A stretch of 63,834 bases of DNA, the filler included, from Reclinomonas americana ATCC 50394 (lineage: Eukaryota): assembly GCA_048213135.1 (NCBI GenBank). It is 16 parts of 16 records of this genome, joined end to end, with 100 filler letters (N's around TTAATTAATTAA, not from the genome) between each part and the next. Parts side by side here need not be neighbours in the genome. Positions count along the whole stretch, not along the records: positions 47,977 to 56,487 come from AFZH01018791.1; positions 56,588 to 57,663 come from AFZH01018793.1; positions 57,764 to 59,004 come from AFZH01018794.1; positions 59,105 to 60,877 come from AFZH01018795.1; positions 60,978 to 62,582 come from AFZH01018805.1; 11 more parts are not named here. One strand, given 5' to 3'. The position numbers and the translations under genes are program-made. Under the pieces are notes generated by a model that saw only the letters and a program-made list of their open reading frames with translations, was not told the DNA's origin and made no database searches. Shown here one piece after another: positions 48,724-61,809 of the stretch. The first letter of the stretch is position 1; each line of letters begins with the position of its first letter.

Positions 48724-51700
48724 TCACTGTGCCAGAGGTGGAAAAGCATTATAATCACACGCAAAATCAAGCTTGTCTTCCTTCCACACGTACCCGTCCA
48801 GATGCGTTCGCTGCGACACCTCCATTCGTCCCACATTCGCCTCAATGCCGGCTTCGTAGCGGAACTTGGCGAGACCAGTGGACACGCGTCGACGCACCAG
48901 ACCCGATTCGTGAACGTATCGCACCGACGGCGCCAGCTGCACGACACGACGTTAAGTCAATAACAGGAGAAAGAAAGTACACAAACCAGGCAGACGCGCA
49001 GACCATGCTGCCGAGCAGACTCTTGACCGCCGTGGAGACGACACAAAACGGGATCAGCGCCTTCAGCTCTTGCAGTGTCGGCTTGAGTGAGGCAGGCAGA
49101 CGGCGTCGAAGAGAACGGCCGCGCCACCAGCTCTGAATGCGAGTGGCAGCCAGCTGCTCCTGACGCTCCTCGGCGTCGTCGCGCACCTCTTCCAACTCAG
49201 CCAAACTGTCACGACAGTGAGTGCCACGCGGCTACAATGTCTCTCTCTCTCTCTCATGCAAACCTGAGCATTCGTTCGTCCACCACGCGGAGCAGCAGCA
49301 CCTTGAGCAGTGTGCCAAACTTGACGCGATCAACCTCCTTGGCGGGATCCACGTCGGGAATGTGCACTCCTGTGGCGAATGATAAGAGAGGCGCGTCGAG
49401 GCGATACAAGGAACGCCACACACTGTGCGTTACCTGCAGTCTCGCCCTCTCGTGCTGTCAGCAAGTCGCGCACGTGGTGGAGAAGGCGCAAATCGCGTTT
49501 CAATGTGGACACGGCAGCCGTGCGGACTTGCCACATGACGCTCTCCACCTCCCAGTAGGGTGTCTGTTTGGGGGAGAAGTGATGAGAGAGGAGGAATCCT
49601 CGGTCGGCAGTGTCACTCTCCAAGTACATCAGTTTCCACGAAAGCGTGAAGAACAAAGAGTTTCTCATCCTTCCAATCTGCAACCTCCCCACTACCGATC
49701 TGATCTTAAGTGCATAAGTCTCTATAGAGGATGAAACTGATGAGTGCAGCTATGCAATGCACTCTTCTCTCGTCTCTTTCCCTCTACACTGAGAAACAAG
49801 AGAGGCCTCTCCTCCTCCTCCTCCTTCTCCTCCTCCTCCTCCTCCTCGCCCTCTTTCTCCTTCTCCCCCTCCCTTCCCCCTTCGCCCCTTTCCCTACATA
49901 CCTGTCGAGTAAAACCCAGGGGCTTGCCGATGCGGAAGAGCAGCCGTCGCACGTCGTGGAGACGAATCTTGCCAGTGGAGCGACGATCAAACTCCATCCA
50001 CACGGTTTGGAATCTGTGCGAGGCGCCAAAGAAATCAGTTGGCCAACCCTGCGCGTCACGCACCAGCAGCAACAGTGTCGCCGCGCAACGATTTCAGAAC
50101 AGACAGCGGCACAATCATTTCAGCGTCGGCTCGAGCGAAAGCACGCGAAAAACGTTCCAGCAGCACGGCAATGAACAGATTGAGGAAGACAAACGTGCCG
50201 AGAAACGTGAACGTCACCCAGTACACGTACGGCCTGCGAATGATCACCAGGAGAACAAGTCAGTGCGACGCGGCGCTCTTGACGACAGCATAATGAATGC
50301 GACGCAACGCCACAGGTACACCGCAGTGTTCCGGATCGCAGTACGGGTACTTGACGGCGGTCTCGTGCATCAACGTGTTCCACGATTCACCGGTGAGACA
50401 ACGAATGAGGGCAAAGAGCGCCTGTGGCGACAGAGGATTGAGGGCACTAGAGCACAATCAATGATCCATCGCACATACCAATACTCACCCGAGGGAACGT
50501 GCGGAAATTAGTTTGGCGCGACAGAATGGCCTGGTCGCGCACCGAGCCAAACAGTTCCATTCCGGCCACCGCGTACATGTAGAGCAGGAGGGCCAGCAAG
50601 GCCGTTACGTTGAGGCATGTCGGGATGGCACCACTGCAGAGAGAGAAGGGAGAAAGAGTTGGTGAGCAACTGAGCACAATTGTTGGCAATGAAATGGAGA
50701 ACGCAACAGCAGCACATTGAGCACACGACGGAGGCGACGCGAACCACGGAAGGCACGGAACAAGAAACCGAGTCGGAAACAGCTGAGCACCGAGATGGGA
50801 GAGCCGGCCAGCTCCAGACCTGCGGAAGTGACTGATTCAGCAACAATATCTTCACAATAGACGGAGAAATAGCACTGCTTTCCATTTCTCTCACTTCCAC
50901 TACACTCTACTTGTAACTTTGGAGCTCTTGTATCACACACCCAGGGCTGCATAGCGACACCTTCTGTAACACCTCAGCTCTTGCTTCACGCGACTCTCAC
51001 TTCCAACACGCTCTGTTCTCAGCCACATCAAGAGCGGCCACACACTCTCTGATGCCGCGCGCTCCCTATCCCTCTGTATCGTGGTATCTTTCCTTGCCAC
51101 ATGTCAGGGCATCAGCTCACACACGCGCGCGCTCTCTCTATCTGTCTTGTTGTCAGACAGATCGCCCTCAGTGCGTACATGTCTCACTCTCTTTTTTGCC
51201 CTTCCCAGTTGTGGTAAAGCACAGTTCTACCTCATCCACCTCGCACTGTGAGCACATCCCACTTCTCAACCACATTATCAAGTGGCCACATTGCAAGCAC
51301 GCACTGACACACGCAAGTCCATGGGAGTGAATTGCTCCACCTCATCCATCTCTCACTGGATCACATCCTGCTTCACCCCCTCCCTTCTCCTCTTTCCCCT
51401 CCCTTCCCCTCTTCCCCCTTCCATCCCTCTTTCCCCTCTCTCCTCCCTTCTCCTTCTCACCGGACGCCACAAACGAGAACACCAGCAGCACCGTGTCGAC
51501 AACATTCCACATGTCGCGGAAGAAGGCCTGCGATCGCAACGCCAGGTACCGACAGACCAACTGCGAATCGCGACACACTTAGGGGAACGGCACCAAAGCT
51601 ACTTTTGACCGATCATGCATCTCACCTCCGCGGCAAACACGATCTGAAACAGACAGTACAGCACGTAGCTGGCCGTTGTAAAGGCCGGTGGCTGTTCGTT

Positions 51701-54700
51701 CACTTGTAGGCACATGAGCACCGTCAGCAGCAGCAAGTTGGCGTAAATGGCCTGCACACAAACAAGCGAAACCGGTGAGTGTCTGCTCCGAACTTCCTTT
51801 GAGGTCTATTCCCGCCATACCTGCTCAAACACCGGGTGCGCCAGCAGTTCGATAAAGTACGCTCTCCGATACCGCGAAGTGCCATGCAAAAGGCGCGGAG
51901 GTCGAATCTGCTCGGCGATCTGCTGCAACGACACCCACGCTTTCTGGCTCTCTGTGAGGAGCGCCAGGCCGCCGACGTTGCTGAACGCGTCGAGAATGAC
52001 ACCGAGAAACTGCGTCTCGCACCGCGTGAGCTACATCACACACGAAGGAGCTCATGAGAGGTGCGAAACGCACCAGTTGCAGGATGAAAAAGGTGCCGAG
52101 GACCATCAGTGTAACAAAATAGAGCTGAAAGTAGTACGAATGGTCGCGCTTTGGCTGCAGTCCGCGTCCACTGATATCGGTCGCCGACAACATGACGTCG
52201 CTCCAGCCTGCGCACCAAAAAAAAGATTGCTGAGAACCACTAGATGCTCCAAGGCATCTAAAACAGAATCCAGGCAAAAGCTCTACCCGCTTATCGACCA
52301 CTGCTTCCATTCGACTGTGCGCGACTTTCTCTTCGCACACACATTCACGCTTGCTGTCTGCGCACTATTAACTCTCCACTGCTGCTGTCATCGTAAATGC
52401 CGATGGCACTCTCACGCTCACATCTGTCTCATGCTGCTTCTTTTGTTGCTGTAAAACTGTTACGAAACCACCATTCGTCGCCATCAGCAACCTGCTGTCG
52501 CTCACTTTTCCCTCTCCGTCAATGCACAGCACACAAAAGTGTCGCTCTTCACCGCACTAGAAAAGATACACACGTATCCGCACACTCAATAGCCTTTCAT
52601 CGCTACTTCTGTGCACTACATCCGAATGCGACACTCTCTCCTCTGTCACTCATTTAACCTCGCCCTTGTAGCGGTTCCCCTCCACCTCCCCCTCGTATCC
52701 TTTCTCTCTCATCCCTTCCCCCTCCCACCTTCCACCATCACTCTCATCCCTTCCCCCTCTCATCCCTTCCCCCTTTTTCACCTTCCTCCGTAATGCACTC
52801 CCAGCACGTGAGAATGGCATTGGCAATCGAGTCAAACGTCTCGTACGGCACCGTCCACGCCCGCGGCATTGCCAATCCGGTGTTGGGATCCATCACTGTT
52901 CCCACGCACTCATCTTGCGTGCCGACATCGTCGTTGCACGAGGCGAAGCGACCGCGGAAGAGGAGAACGCCTAGTGCGGCCATGCCAAGGAGGAAGAGCA
53001 AGAAGAGCATCATCAGGCGAACAATGGCCGGCAGTGATGACAGCAGGCCTTGCAGCACTTGCTGTGGAGGGGAAGTTGCATGAGTATTCACATTAAAATC
53101 AATTGCGAAAGAAAAAACACAACTCTCATTCCCGTGGCGCGGCGAATGAGTCGCAATGCGCGCACAAAGCGAATGACACGGAGGAATCCCGTCACTGGAG
53201 TGTTCACCAGTGCCACGTCGAGCAGGTAGATCTGGTTTTGCACAAATACGTGAGTCTTCGTTACTCGGGCGCTCGCCGCGACAATCGTTCAACGTCACCA
53301 GTGCCACCACCGTATCCAGTCGATTCCACGGATCGCCAAAGTATCGATACCAACCGACAGCAATCAGACGCAGCAGAATTTCCGCCCAGAAGAGCGCCAT
53401 CAAAATCGCATTGCAGATTTGGAAGATTTGGCGTTGAGAGGGATCTGCGCAAACATGTAAATGAGATCAGGTTGTCGACTCGCAGACACCGGGAATGAAG
53501 GCATACACAGACCACTGCGCGATGCCTGCGTCTCGAACGGCAACACGAGGCAGCTGAGGACAATGACGACCACCACGCACATGTCGAACCACGGTCTCGA
53601 CACGATGCGATCAATGACCCACGCGCGTAAACTGCGCCATCGGCGCACCGCCTTGGGCCAACAGAGGGCATGCTGACCAGCTACACGAGTGGCAATTGAG
53701 ATGGATTATGGACTCAGCACAGCACGTGCTGCTCGACAAACCTCTGCAGAAGCGATACCAGCTGCGAGCGCACGAACCCTCCGGCAACGCCATCGACTCC
53801 AGCGTCTCATCATCGTCGTCCGAGTGCATGTCAGTGTTACAATCGACAGTATGCAGTTGACCACCGGCGCCCGACTGCATGCACGACCACGAGCCCACGA
53901 ACGTCAGCGCAGGACACTCACTTGGCAAGTACGCGGCAATCGTACGTACCCTCCACCCGGCCTCCAGATCCGTCAGCGAGAGTGGCTCACGCGGACTACC
54001 AAGCAGCGACTGCGAGGCATGCGACTGGTCGCTCATGGCGGGCGACGCCACACTGGCCGGCGATTGCACAGAGCCAGTGGGCGGTGACGCGGCAGATGCA
54101 CCTGGCGCGAGCGGCGACGCGACAGGAGGGGATGCAGCAGCAGCAGCAGCAGCTGACGAGGGCGGCAATATTGCAGCCCTTGGAGAGCCACGAGCAAAGG
54201 CAACAAGCGGCGAGCGTGGCGATCCAGTCGGCGACAGTGACAGCGCGGCGGAGCGAGCCTTCGGAGATCCCATGTCTGCAGCGCACAGCAGGTGAGTGGC
54301 CCAACTGACTCACATTAAAGTAAAATTCGCTTCGTCCCAAACACACCATCGGCAAATCGAACGGCCACGGGTGCAGTGGAGGTCGGCATGATATCGACCA
54401 CTGTTCGTGATCGTCGCCGACCACCACCCGCTGCCGTGGGCGACGTGGGCGAGTCACCGACTTCAGGAGCAGGAGTAGCTGCGGCTGCCACGGCCGCCGC
54501 GGCGACCTCCTCCTGCCCGAGAACTGGACATGAAAGGGCGAGTCAGCACACACATCTCCCACCTGCTGTATCGCATCATTTACGCAACTCGGCTCAAGAC
54601 GACGAGCGCCACTCGCCAGACTCACGGCACGACGGCGCCCACCGCCGCCAGTCGACGGAACGATTGTTGGTTGCAGTGGCGCATTCGTGCGCAGTCCTGT

Positions 54701-56401
54701 GGCACAGATCGTGAGCAGGGAGAAACGAAGCACCGCTCATGCACCGTGTGCCAACACACCTCCCAACAAGACAGCACGACGCAGACGCGCTGCCAAGCTG
54801 ACGGTGTTCGACGTCGGCGACAGTGCAGAGGCACCCGGAGCTGGTGCCGCCGGTGCACCACTGGCGCTGGCAGCTGACGAGGCAGACGAATCGGTTGCCG
54901 GCGGCGAAAGTGCGCGAGCGGCAAGGCGCGCCGCAAGTCCCTTGCCGAGTGTCGACGCGCGAGTCCACGGCGATGCACCCTCTTGCACAAGTGCCGAACG
55001 CACCGGAGAACCCTGCAGAATATTGGATGAGCGGATGAAGCAAGGACTGTCGTAGAGAGAATGCAACTGCAGCTGCCGACGACGCCGGCGCGCTCGACTC
55101 TTCGGGCGACATTGGCGGTGCCGCGCTCTTCAGCGTCGGCACGGAGAGCACCGATGGACCGCGAATGTATGACAGCAGTGCATAATTGCCCTGCTCATCA
55201 CGCGCAATGCCCAACTTGCGCAGTTTCATGTGCTTCACGCCGAGCTTGTCGACTGCGTCGTCCATCAGCGACGCATCCGTGCTGTTGTGGATTCACACAG
55301 TTAGCAGACACCCTTCCCTCACACTCGCCAATCATCACACACCGGAAACTGCCGTTGTTGGAGCGCAGCGACTGATTCATCCACATGTTGCTCAGTTGTC
55401 GCAGAGTGTCTTGTTCGCGCTTCTCTGTCATCAGCGACTCCAGCGTGAGGCCGCGTCGAATCTGCTCGTACTGCTCGGCTTGCTTCTGCAGCTTCACACG
55501 CTCCGACAGCTCCAGACCCTCCATGATGACGGCGATAAAGACCGTCAACAGCACATCTACACGCACGAACCCATCAGTTACCAACCGCGAAAGCGCGAGA
55601 GTGGCGAAGACATGAGCCACGCAACAGTTGGTAAAGGCGAACACGAGGACAAAGTAGGCCGGAGCGAGGATGGTGGACGACGACACTGTGGCCGAGGCCA
55701 GCACGAAGTTCCATCCGTCACCCACCAACAGCACAAAGACGGTGGTGAGACCACCGTAAAAGGTGTCAAAGTTGAAGCGTGCCGAGTCGCCATTCTGCGC
55801 GAATCAAGTCAACTCATGCTGCACGCAAATTACACACACGCCCCGAGCGTACTCACCGCCGCCTGAAGATCACCACCAAACAATTGCATGCCAAACAAGG
55901 CCGCCACAACAATCATAAACAACGCAAACAGCAGCAGGCGAGCGCAGGCGGCCAACGAAATGACCACGGTTTCCTGCACGGCGTGTTACTCCAATATCAT
56001 GACAAGCATGGACACTTTCCTCACTCACCAGCACAGATTCTAGGAACGGCAGCTCCAGCGCCAGTCTCGCAATGATCAGCACGCGAAACATGGTCAGATA
56101 CCAGTACTGGATACAGAAGTGAGCGCGTGCACATTAGAAACGACAATGGTGATTGAAGTACGCACATTATCTCCACCGCCGACGGCGAGACCCGGTAAGC
56201 AGAGTACCAACAGGACAAACTCGAAGCGTTGTTTCTCTGCGCCCCCACCAACACATATGCCGCGGTGAGCCTCATTGTAGAAGGCGCGACGAATGCAGCA
56301 CACGCAACGATGCCGAAAGTACTGCCGGAAACCGCGTCGAGCAATCACTTTCAGGACCAGCTCCACCCCGTAGATCGCGAAGAGGATGCGCTGGCAAATC
56401 T
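48724..56401 (-). CDS. Four-domain voltage-gated Ca2+ (Cav/Nav superfamily) channel alpha subunit, domains II-IV plus EF-hand and IQ; domain I missing (gap)
   Basis: S5 FGMQLFGG, LGVLLFRGRFASCND and AGMELFG. P-loops RFNFDTF..LLVGDGW, FDSIANAILTCWECITEEGW and LIRCLTGESW. S4-III FLRVIRFVRALRLIRR, S6 FLNLFIAVLL, EF-like WMEFDRRSTGKI..GKPLGF and IQ AATRIQSWWRG. Confidence 0.93.
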
Positions 56402-56627
56402 CTGCGTACTCGGCAGTGAGCAGAGGAGGAGAAAGGTGGGAATGAAGGAGGATAAGGAGGAGGGGAGGAAGAGGAGGAGGAGGAGGANNNNNNNNNNNNN
56501 NNNNNNNNNNNNNNNNNNNNNNNNNNNNNNNTTAATTAATTAANNNNNNNNNNNNNNNNNNNNNNNNNNNNNNNNNNNNNNNNNNNNCTATTTTGCGTGC
56601 TGGTGGCTCACGTTTTTGTTCTCACAG

Positions 56628-59600
56628 TTGTTGGTGTGCCGCTGGCATTGTCGGAGCTGCATGTGCTTGACGCTCCGTCTACTTCTCCTCCTTCTTTGTC
56701 TCCCGTGCCGGCGCCAAAGCTGCGGCGGACGGCGGTCCGTGGTGTCATGCTGCGTGGCAATCCGGTGGACATTGTGTTCAAGTTGGTGAGACACTCGCGT
56801 CCCCTTTTCTTTTCATTGCTATGTGTGTGCGTGTTCTCATCGGCGACGCAGTCGACGGCCTCGGCGCTGGACACCGGCTTCAACCATCTCGACCCGCACG
56901 TGCGACTGGTGTTGTCGGCGACGGTCACTGGCGCGGTGCCGGCTGATGCGACATTATCATGGCGTGTCACGGCGCTCGGTAAGGCCGCGCACCTCTCTCT
57001 TTCTTGTCATGGTGGCTGGGTTCTCATTGCTTGCGCAGACGGAACGCCTGTGCCGGTGCAAGTGCCGAGTGCGTCGATTGAGTTGGTCCCGCAAGGCAAG
57101 AAGCAGCCGCCGGCCTTGGTGGCGCAGGCAGGCGCCTTTGCCGGCGGCAAGTCGTACAGCGCGCAGCTTGTGGTTGATGACGAAGGTATGCATTCTGATC
57201 CTTGAGTGTGGCGCACAACTCAGACTCCTTCTTCTCCCTCCCTCCCTCCCTTGTTGTGCGTACGCATTTTTCGCTGCTATTTCTCTCCCTCCCGGTTCTT
57301 CCCCTCTCGCCTTTTCTTCTCTCTCTCTCTCTCCATCTCTTTCCATCTGTCGCCCTTGCCTATTCCCGTATCTCTGCGTTTTCTCTCTCACTTTCTCTCT
57401 TTCTCTCTTCCCCTCGCTTCCCCTGTCTCCTCCTGTTTTTTCTATCTGTTCCTCTCGTCCTGTCGCGTTCCCATTCTTTCACTGTCACCCAAATCTCCGC
57501 GCGCGCTCTCTCTCTTCCTTCTCTCTGTCCCCTCCCTTCCTCCTCCATTCCTTCTCCCGTTCCTCTCCCGTTCCTTCCCCTTTGCTCTCCGTTCCTCCTC
57601 CCGTCCCCTTTCCCCCTCCCTTCCCCTCGCTTCCCTCCCTTCCCCCTCCCTTCCCCCTCCCTTNNNNNNNNNNNNNNNNNNNNNNNNNNNNNNNNNNNNN
57701 NNNNNNNTTAATTAATTAANNNNNNNNNNNNNNNNNNNNNNNNNNNNNNNNNNNNNNNNNNNNTGGCGAGCTGTCGACAGAGTTCACATTCAAGGTGGAC
57801 GGCTACACGGACGCCGATGGCCCCCGTTGCGTAACGTGCACGCAAGGCGATGCTTATTTCTTTCTCACCCTTTACCCGACTCTGGCAGTGTCGTTTTCAT
57901 ACTTTTTCGTGGAGCCGTCGACGCAGCTGATGGTGAGTATGGCGGGAGAGAAACCGCGCCGGGAAATGGACGCCTCTTTGCCCAACCCCCCTTCGCCCCA
58001 CTTTGTGCAGTTGACACTGGAGGTCTCGTCTCAGCGGACCAGTCGACTGCATACTCTCCCCGCTGGCAAAACTGGCGATGCGTATCAGCTCACCGTCGGC
58101 GTGATTATCCGCGACGTTTATCAAGCCAGGTTTTGGTCGTGTTGCATTTTTTCTGCTGTCCCCCACTCCTCACTCCGCCTCGTCAGCTTCACCGTCACCT
58201 CCACAGTTGTCGTACGGCCTGTTATTGTGTCGACGGGCGATGTGGTGGGCGCCATGGTCATGCAAACCGATGTAGTCGTCAGTTTGCTGCGCACCCGATT
58301 GGCGACCGACATTGTTGTCGCCGCCGGGCGCATGTCTGTGCTTGCCAGCACGCTGTGGACCCACGCTGACCTCGCTGTGTCGCAGCCGGGCACGAGCGTC
58401 AGTTGCGTGGTGGGGTTTCTTTCATTTCCCCCCCCCCCCCCGTCCTCTGATGATCTCACTCGCGGTGCTGCAGGTGATGCATTGGACAATGCAGTCATGT
58501 ACATGGCCCAGCAGCTTGTGCAGGTGGCCTGGGCCGTGCCCACTCGCCAGTTCCCCGACAGCGTGCCCACCGTGTTTGCGGCCTGCATGGCAGTGGTCGA
58601 GTTTCGTTGCTGATTTGCGCCATTTTCCTTTCCTGAGTCGTAATTGACTCTTGTACACACACGCAGTGTGGCGGCCAATCTCACGCCGCGCTCCGTGTCA
58701 CGGACCAATGCGCTCCTGGCGGTGTCCCTGGCTGCCAACGCCCTCAAGAATGTCAGCCAATTCATCCCAACCTCGGTGGTGTCGGTACGTGTGGATCGTA
58801 TTTTTCTCAGCAGCGCTCCTTCCAAACAATGTGCATCGCAGACGGTCATTCACTCGGCGGACAAGTTGGTGGCGTTAGCGGCGCGAGATCGCGTATTGGA
58901 TACGTGGGGCTACGCTCGTCTCCTCCAGCAGATTCGCGACACGCTGAAAACGCTGGTGGCCGGCATGGTCGCGCTCTTGGTGAGTTTTGCGCAACGAGGC
59001 TTGTNNNNNNNNNNNNNNNNNNNNNNNNNNNNNNNNNNNNNNNNNNNNTTAATTAATTAANNNNNNNNNNNNNNNNNNNNNNNNNNNNNNNNNNNNNNNN
59101 NNNNCCACCGCAGCTTCTCTCTGCTCACACCGCGTGCCACACTAGAGACCAATCCGTATCGCGGCATTAGCGACTCGCGCAACAAGTTGTCCGCCCCAAT
59201 TGAGTCAATGGTGGTGAGTAGCGCGACAGCGGGCGAGGTGCACAAACTCGAGGAGCCGTTCCTGCTGGAGATTGGATCGCAGAATCCGGAAAACTATCAT
59301 CTGCTGGTGCGTCTCTTCATTGCCTCTATCATGGCCTCCTTTTGTTTCTTGTGGCTCACTCGTGCATCGGTGCGCTCAGCGGGACGCCGTCGAGTACGTG
59401 GAAAGCTGTGGCATGCGCGGTAGTTCGTCTGGCCCGCGCATCACAGCTGAGGATCGGCTCGTGCGCCTGGAGCCGCAGCCTAGCTGCGCCGGCTTGCGAC
59501 CAGCCAATTACACCAAGCCGATTGACGATCTCCGCCTGTGTGTCTACTGGTTGGAGGTCGAGCGCACCTTTGGCACAGACGGCTGCACGCCGATTCTGCG

Positions 59601-60781
59601 AGTGCAGGGCGGCACCGGCAACGTCACCTCGGTGTTGTGTGAGTGCAATCACCTCACGGACTTTTCGGTGGACTTGAAGGCGGTGTTTGCCGTTCAGTTT
59701 CTCTTTGTCAGGTTTGGAGTGAGTGCTGCCTGTTTTTTGCAGAATAGACTTCACTAATTGGTGCGTACAGTCCGGCCGACATCGGTCTGCTGCTCTCCAG
59801 TCGCTTGTGGAATTCAATGTTGGCGTGGTGGATAGGTGAGATTCTGGGAAGGAGAGGAGAAAGTTGCTTCTTTCGGTGTGTCTCACTGCACATATGCAGT
59901 CGTCGTGTACGTGGCGTACATTTCGACCTTTGTCGTCAGCGCCGTGATGGACTATCGCGACGATCGAGTGCTCCGCGCCGGTGCTGTTCGTCGGCACCTC
60001 GCAATCCTTGATGCGGTCTGTGTTGTCCCTCCCAAAAGGCAACTTGATTCTCGCAGTCACTAACAACAATCTTCATTTACAGTTGCCGCCGTTCCGCGCA
60101 GTGTTCACGCTCCGCGAAATAGTGGAACTGGTGACTGCCAAGGTACTGTGCACCTTAGAGCGCGACTCTTGTCTGTGCAAAGAATACTCATAATCTTTCG
60201 CGTGCAGAAGAGACCGCAATCCGCCATTAGCATGGGAAGGGGTCCGATTGTGACGGCCGACATTCGCTTATCGTCGCGCAACTCATCGCGCTCGGATATT
60301 CATGTGGATTCAGACGAGGAGACGGCGACCCCGACTGCAGATGGGCGGCGGCGACTGCGACGCGAGAGTGGTGCCACTGGTGGCAGCAGCAGTGCGACTG
60401 ATTTGCATACCATGGACGCATCGCCAGCCCATCTCGGTCGGTTTCTCTCAAGTTCACTCAACGCACGAACTATCTCACCGCTCTGGTGCGTTGCAGTTCC
60501 CGACAAAATGCGCCTGGAGGCAGTGGAGCACTTGCGCATCATCGGTAGGTTCCGGGAGCTGGTGTGGCGAGTGATGGAAAAATTGCGTGAGCGGCCAGCG
60601 TGGCGGCGTTTCCTGGATGGACTGAAAGTCAGGTGCGGGGCGAGTGAGAAGTTGCGGGGTGAAGGATGGTAACTTACGCGACTTTACAGGTTCAAGGACG
60701 AGCATAGTTGGATTGCGACGGTCACGGGGCCGAGGACTGCCAGTTTTCGGCGGACGCAGCGGGTGACCGTGTTGTGGGCGG
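56628..60781 (+). CDS. Polycystin-1-like REJ/GAIN(GPS) membrane protein; partial at both ends
   Basis: REJ-like FTFKVDGYTDADGP|LSFSYF and LPAG...LTVGVIIRD. GPS CVYW..FGTDGC..CECNHLTDFSV. TM VVVYVAYISTFVVSAVMD, then LK|DEHSWIATVTGPRTASFRRTQRVTVLW (PKD1-type H.W..FTR.QR motif). Confidence 0.82.
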
Positions 60782-61809
60782 GTAGGTGGAGGGGAAGGGG
60801 GGCGAAGGAGAGGGAGGGTAAAGGAGAGGGAGGGTAAAGGAGAGGGAGGGAGCAGGAGAGGGGAAGGTGGAAGAGGGNNNNNNNNNNNNNNNNNNNNNNN
60901 NNNNNNNNNNNNNNNNNNNNNTTAATTAATTAANNNNNNNNNNNNNNNNNNNNNNNNNNNNNNNNNNNNNNNNNNNNAGAAGGGAGATGGAAGGGGGATG
61001 GAAGGGAGAGGGGGAGGGGGAAGAGAGTGTGTGAATGTGAGAGCGGATGAAGAGAGGACATCAAGGGAGAGAGAAAAAGAAACGGAGTGAGAAAATGATT
61101 GAGATGGGAGGGAGTGCGTCAGCAAACGATAGAAAGTGAGAGGGGAAAGGGGGAATGAGACGGAGTGCAATCGATTGCGTGTGTGTGAGTTTGTTTGTGT
61201 GTCTACGAGTGCGTCTGTGAACGAGTTAGGGAGAGAGAGGAGAGAACGAGGGGGAGAGGAGGAGAAAGAGACAGAGTGAGAAACGATTGTGATGCGTTCA
61301 CTATTGTTTCTCACTCTTTGAGAGGAGCAGGGAAGACAATGAGAAAAGTAGATCCATTGAGTGACGTCTGTGCTCGCGCGAGAGGGCGGGAGGCGGAAAG
61401 AGGGAGCGAGAGACTGATGGAGTGATTTTTCGCCTGTGTGATTATGTAAGTGATGAGAACAGGAAAACGAAGAACGCGAGACTTTGGGAGGCCTCTCTTT
61501 ATTGTGCATGAAATGCTCAATATTCTCCACTTATCGCAGGTCGCGGACGTGGTCCACCCAGCGGCGGTCCCCCACGCCGGTAGAGGGAGAATCCAGTGTT
61601 TGCGGACGGACGGCTTGAGTCGGGAGAAGAGTTTGTCTGTTTGTGAACCGAATCGAAAGAAAAGTAAGAACAACTGCGGTGATGTAGATGTCGGGATGCT
61701 TAAAAAGGGGTGGTGCGAGACGTGAGGGATTGCGGATGAGCGGATGCAGTCAAAAGGATTGAGAGAAAGGTGAGGCTGAGCTTCTTCCAAGGAGTGGAGC
61801 ATGTTGCTT

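Noticed and set aside
15266..57831. Non-canonical TT-started introns (G|TTGCG ... CAGN|) as an alternative reading of the shifted donors
   Set aside because: Moving both ends by one base destroys conserved residues (SAHH Asn, REJ Leu, S6 Tyr) and the AG ends; the GT-AG register fits better.
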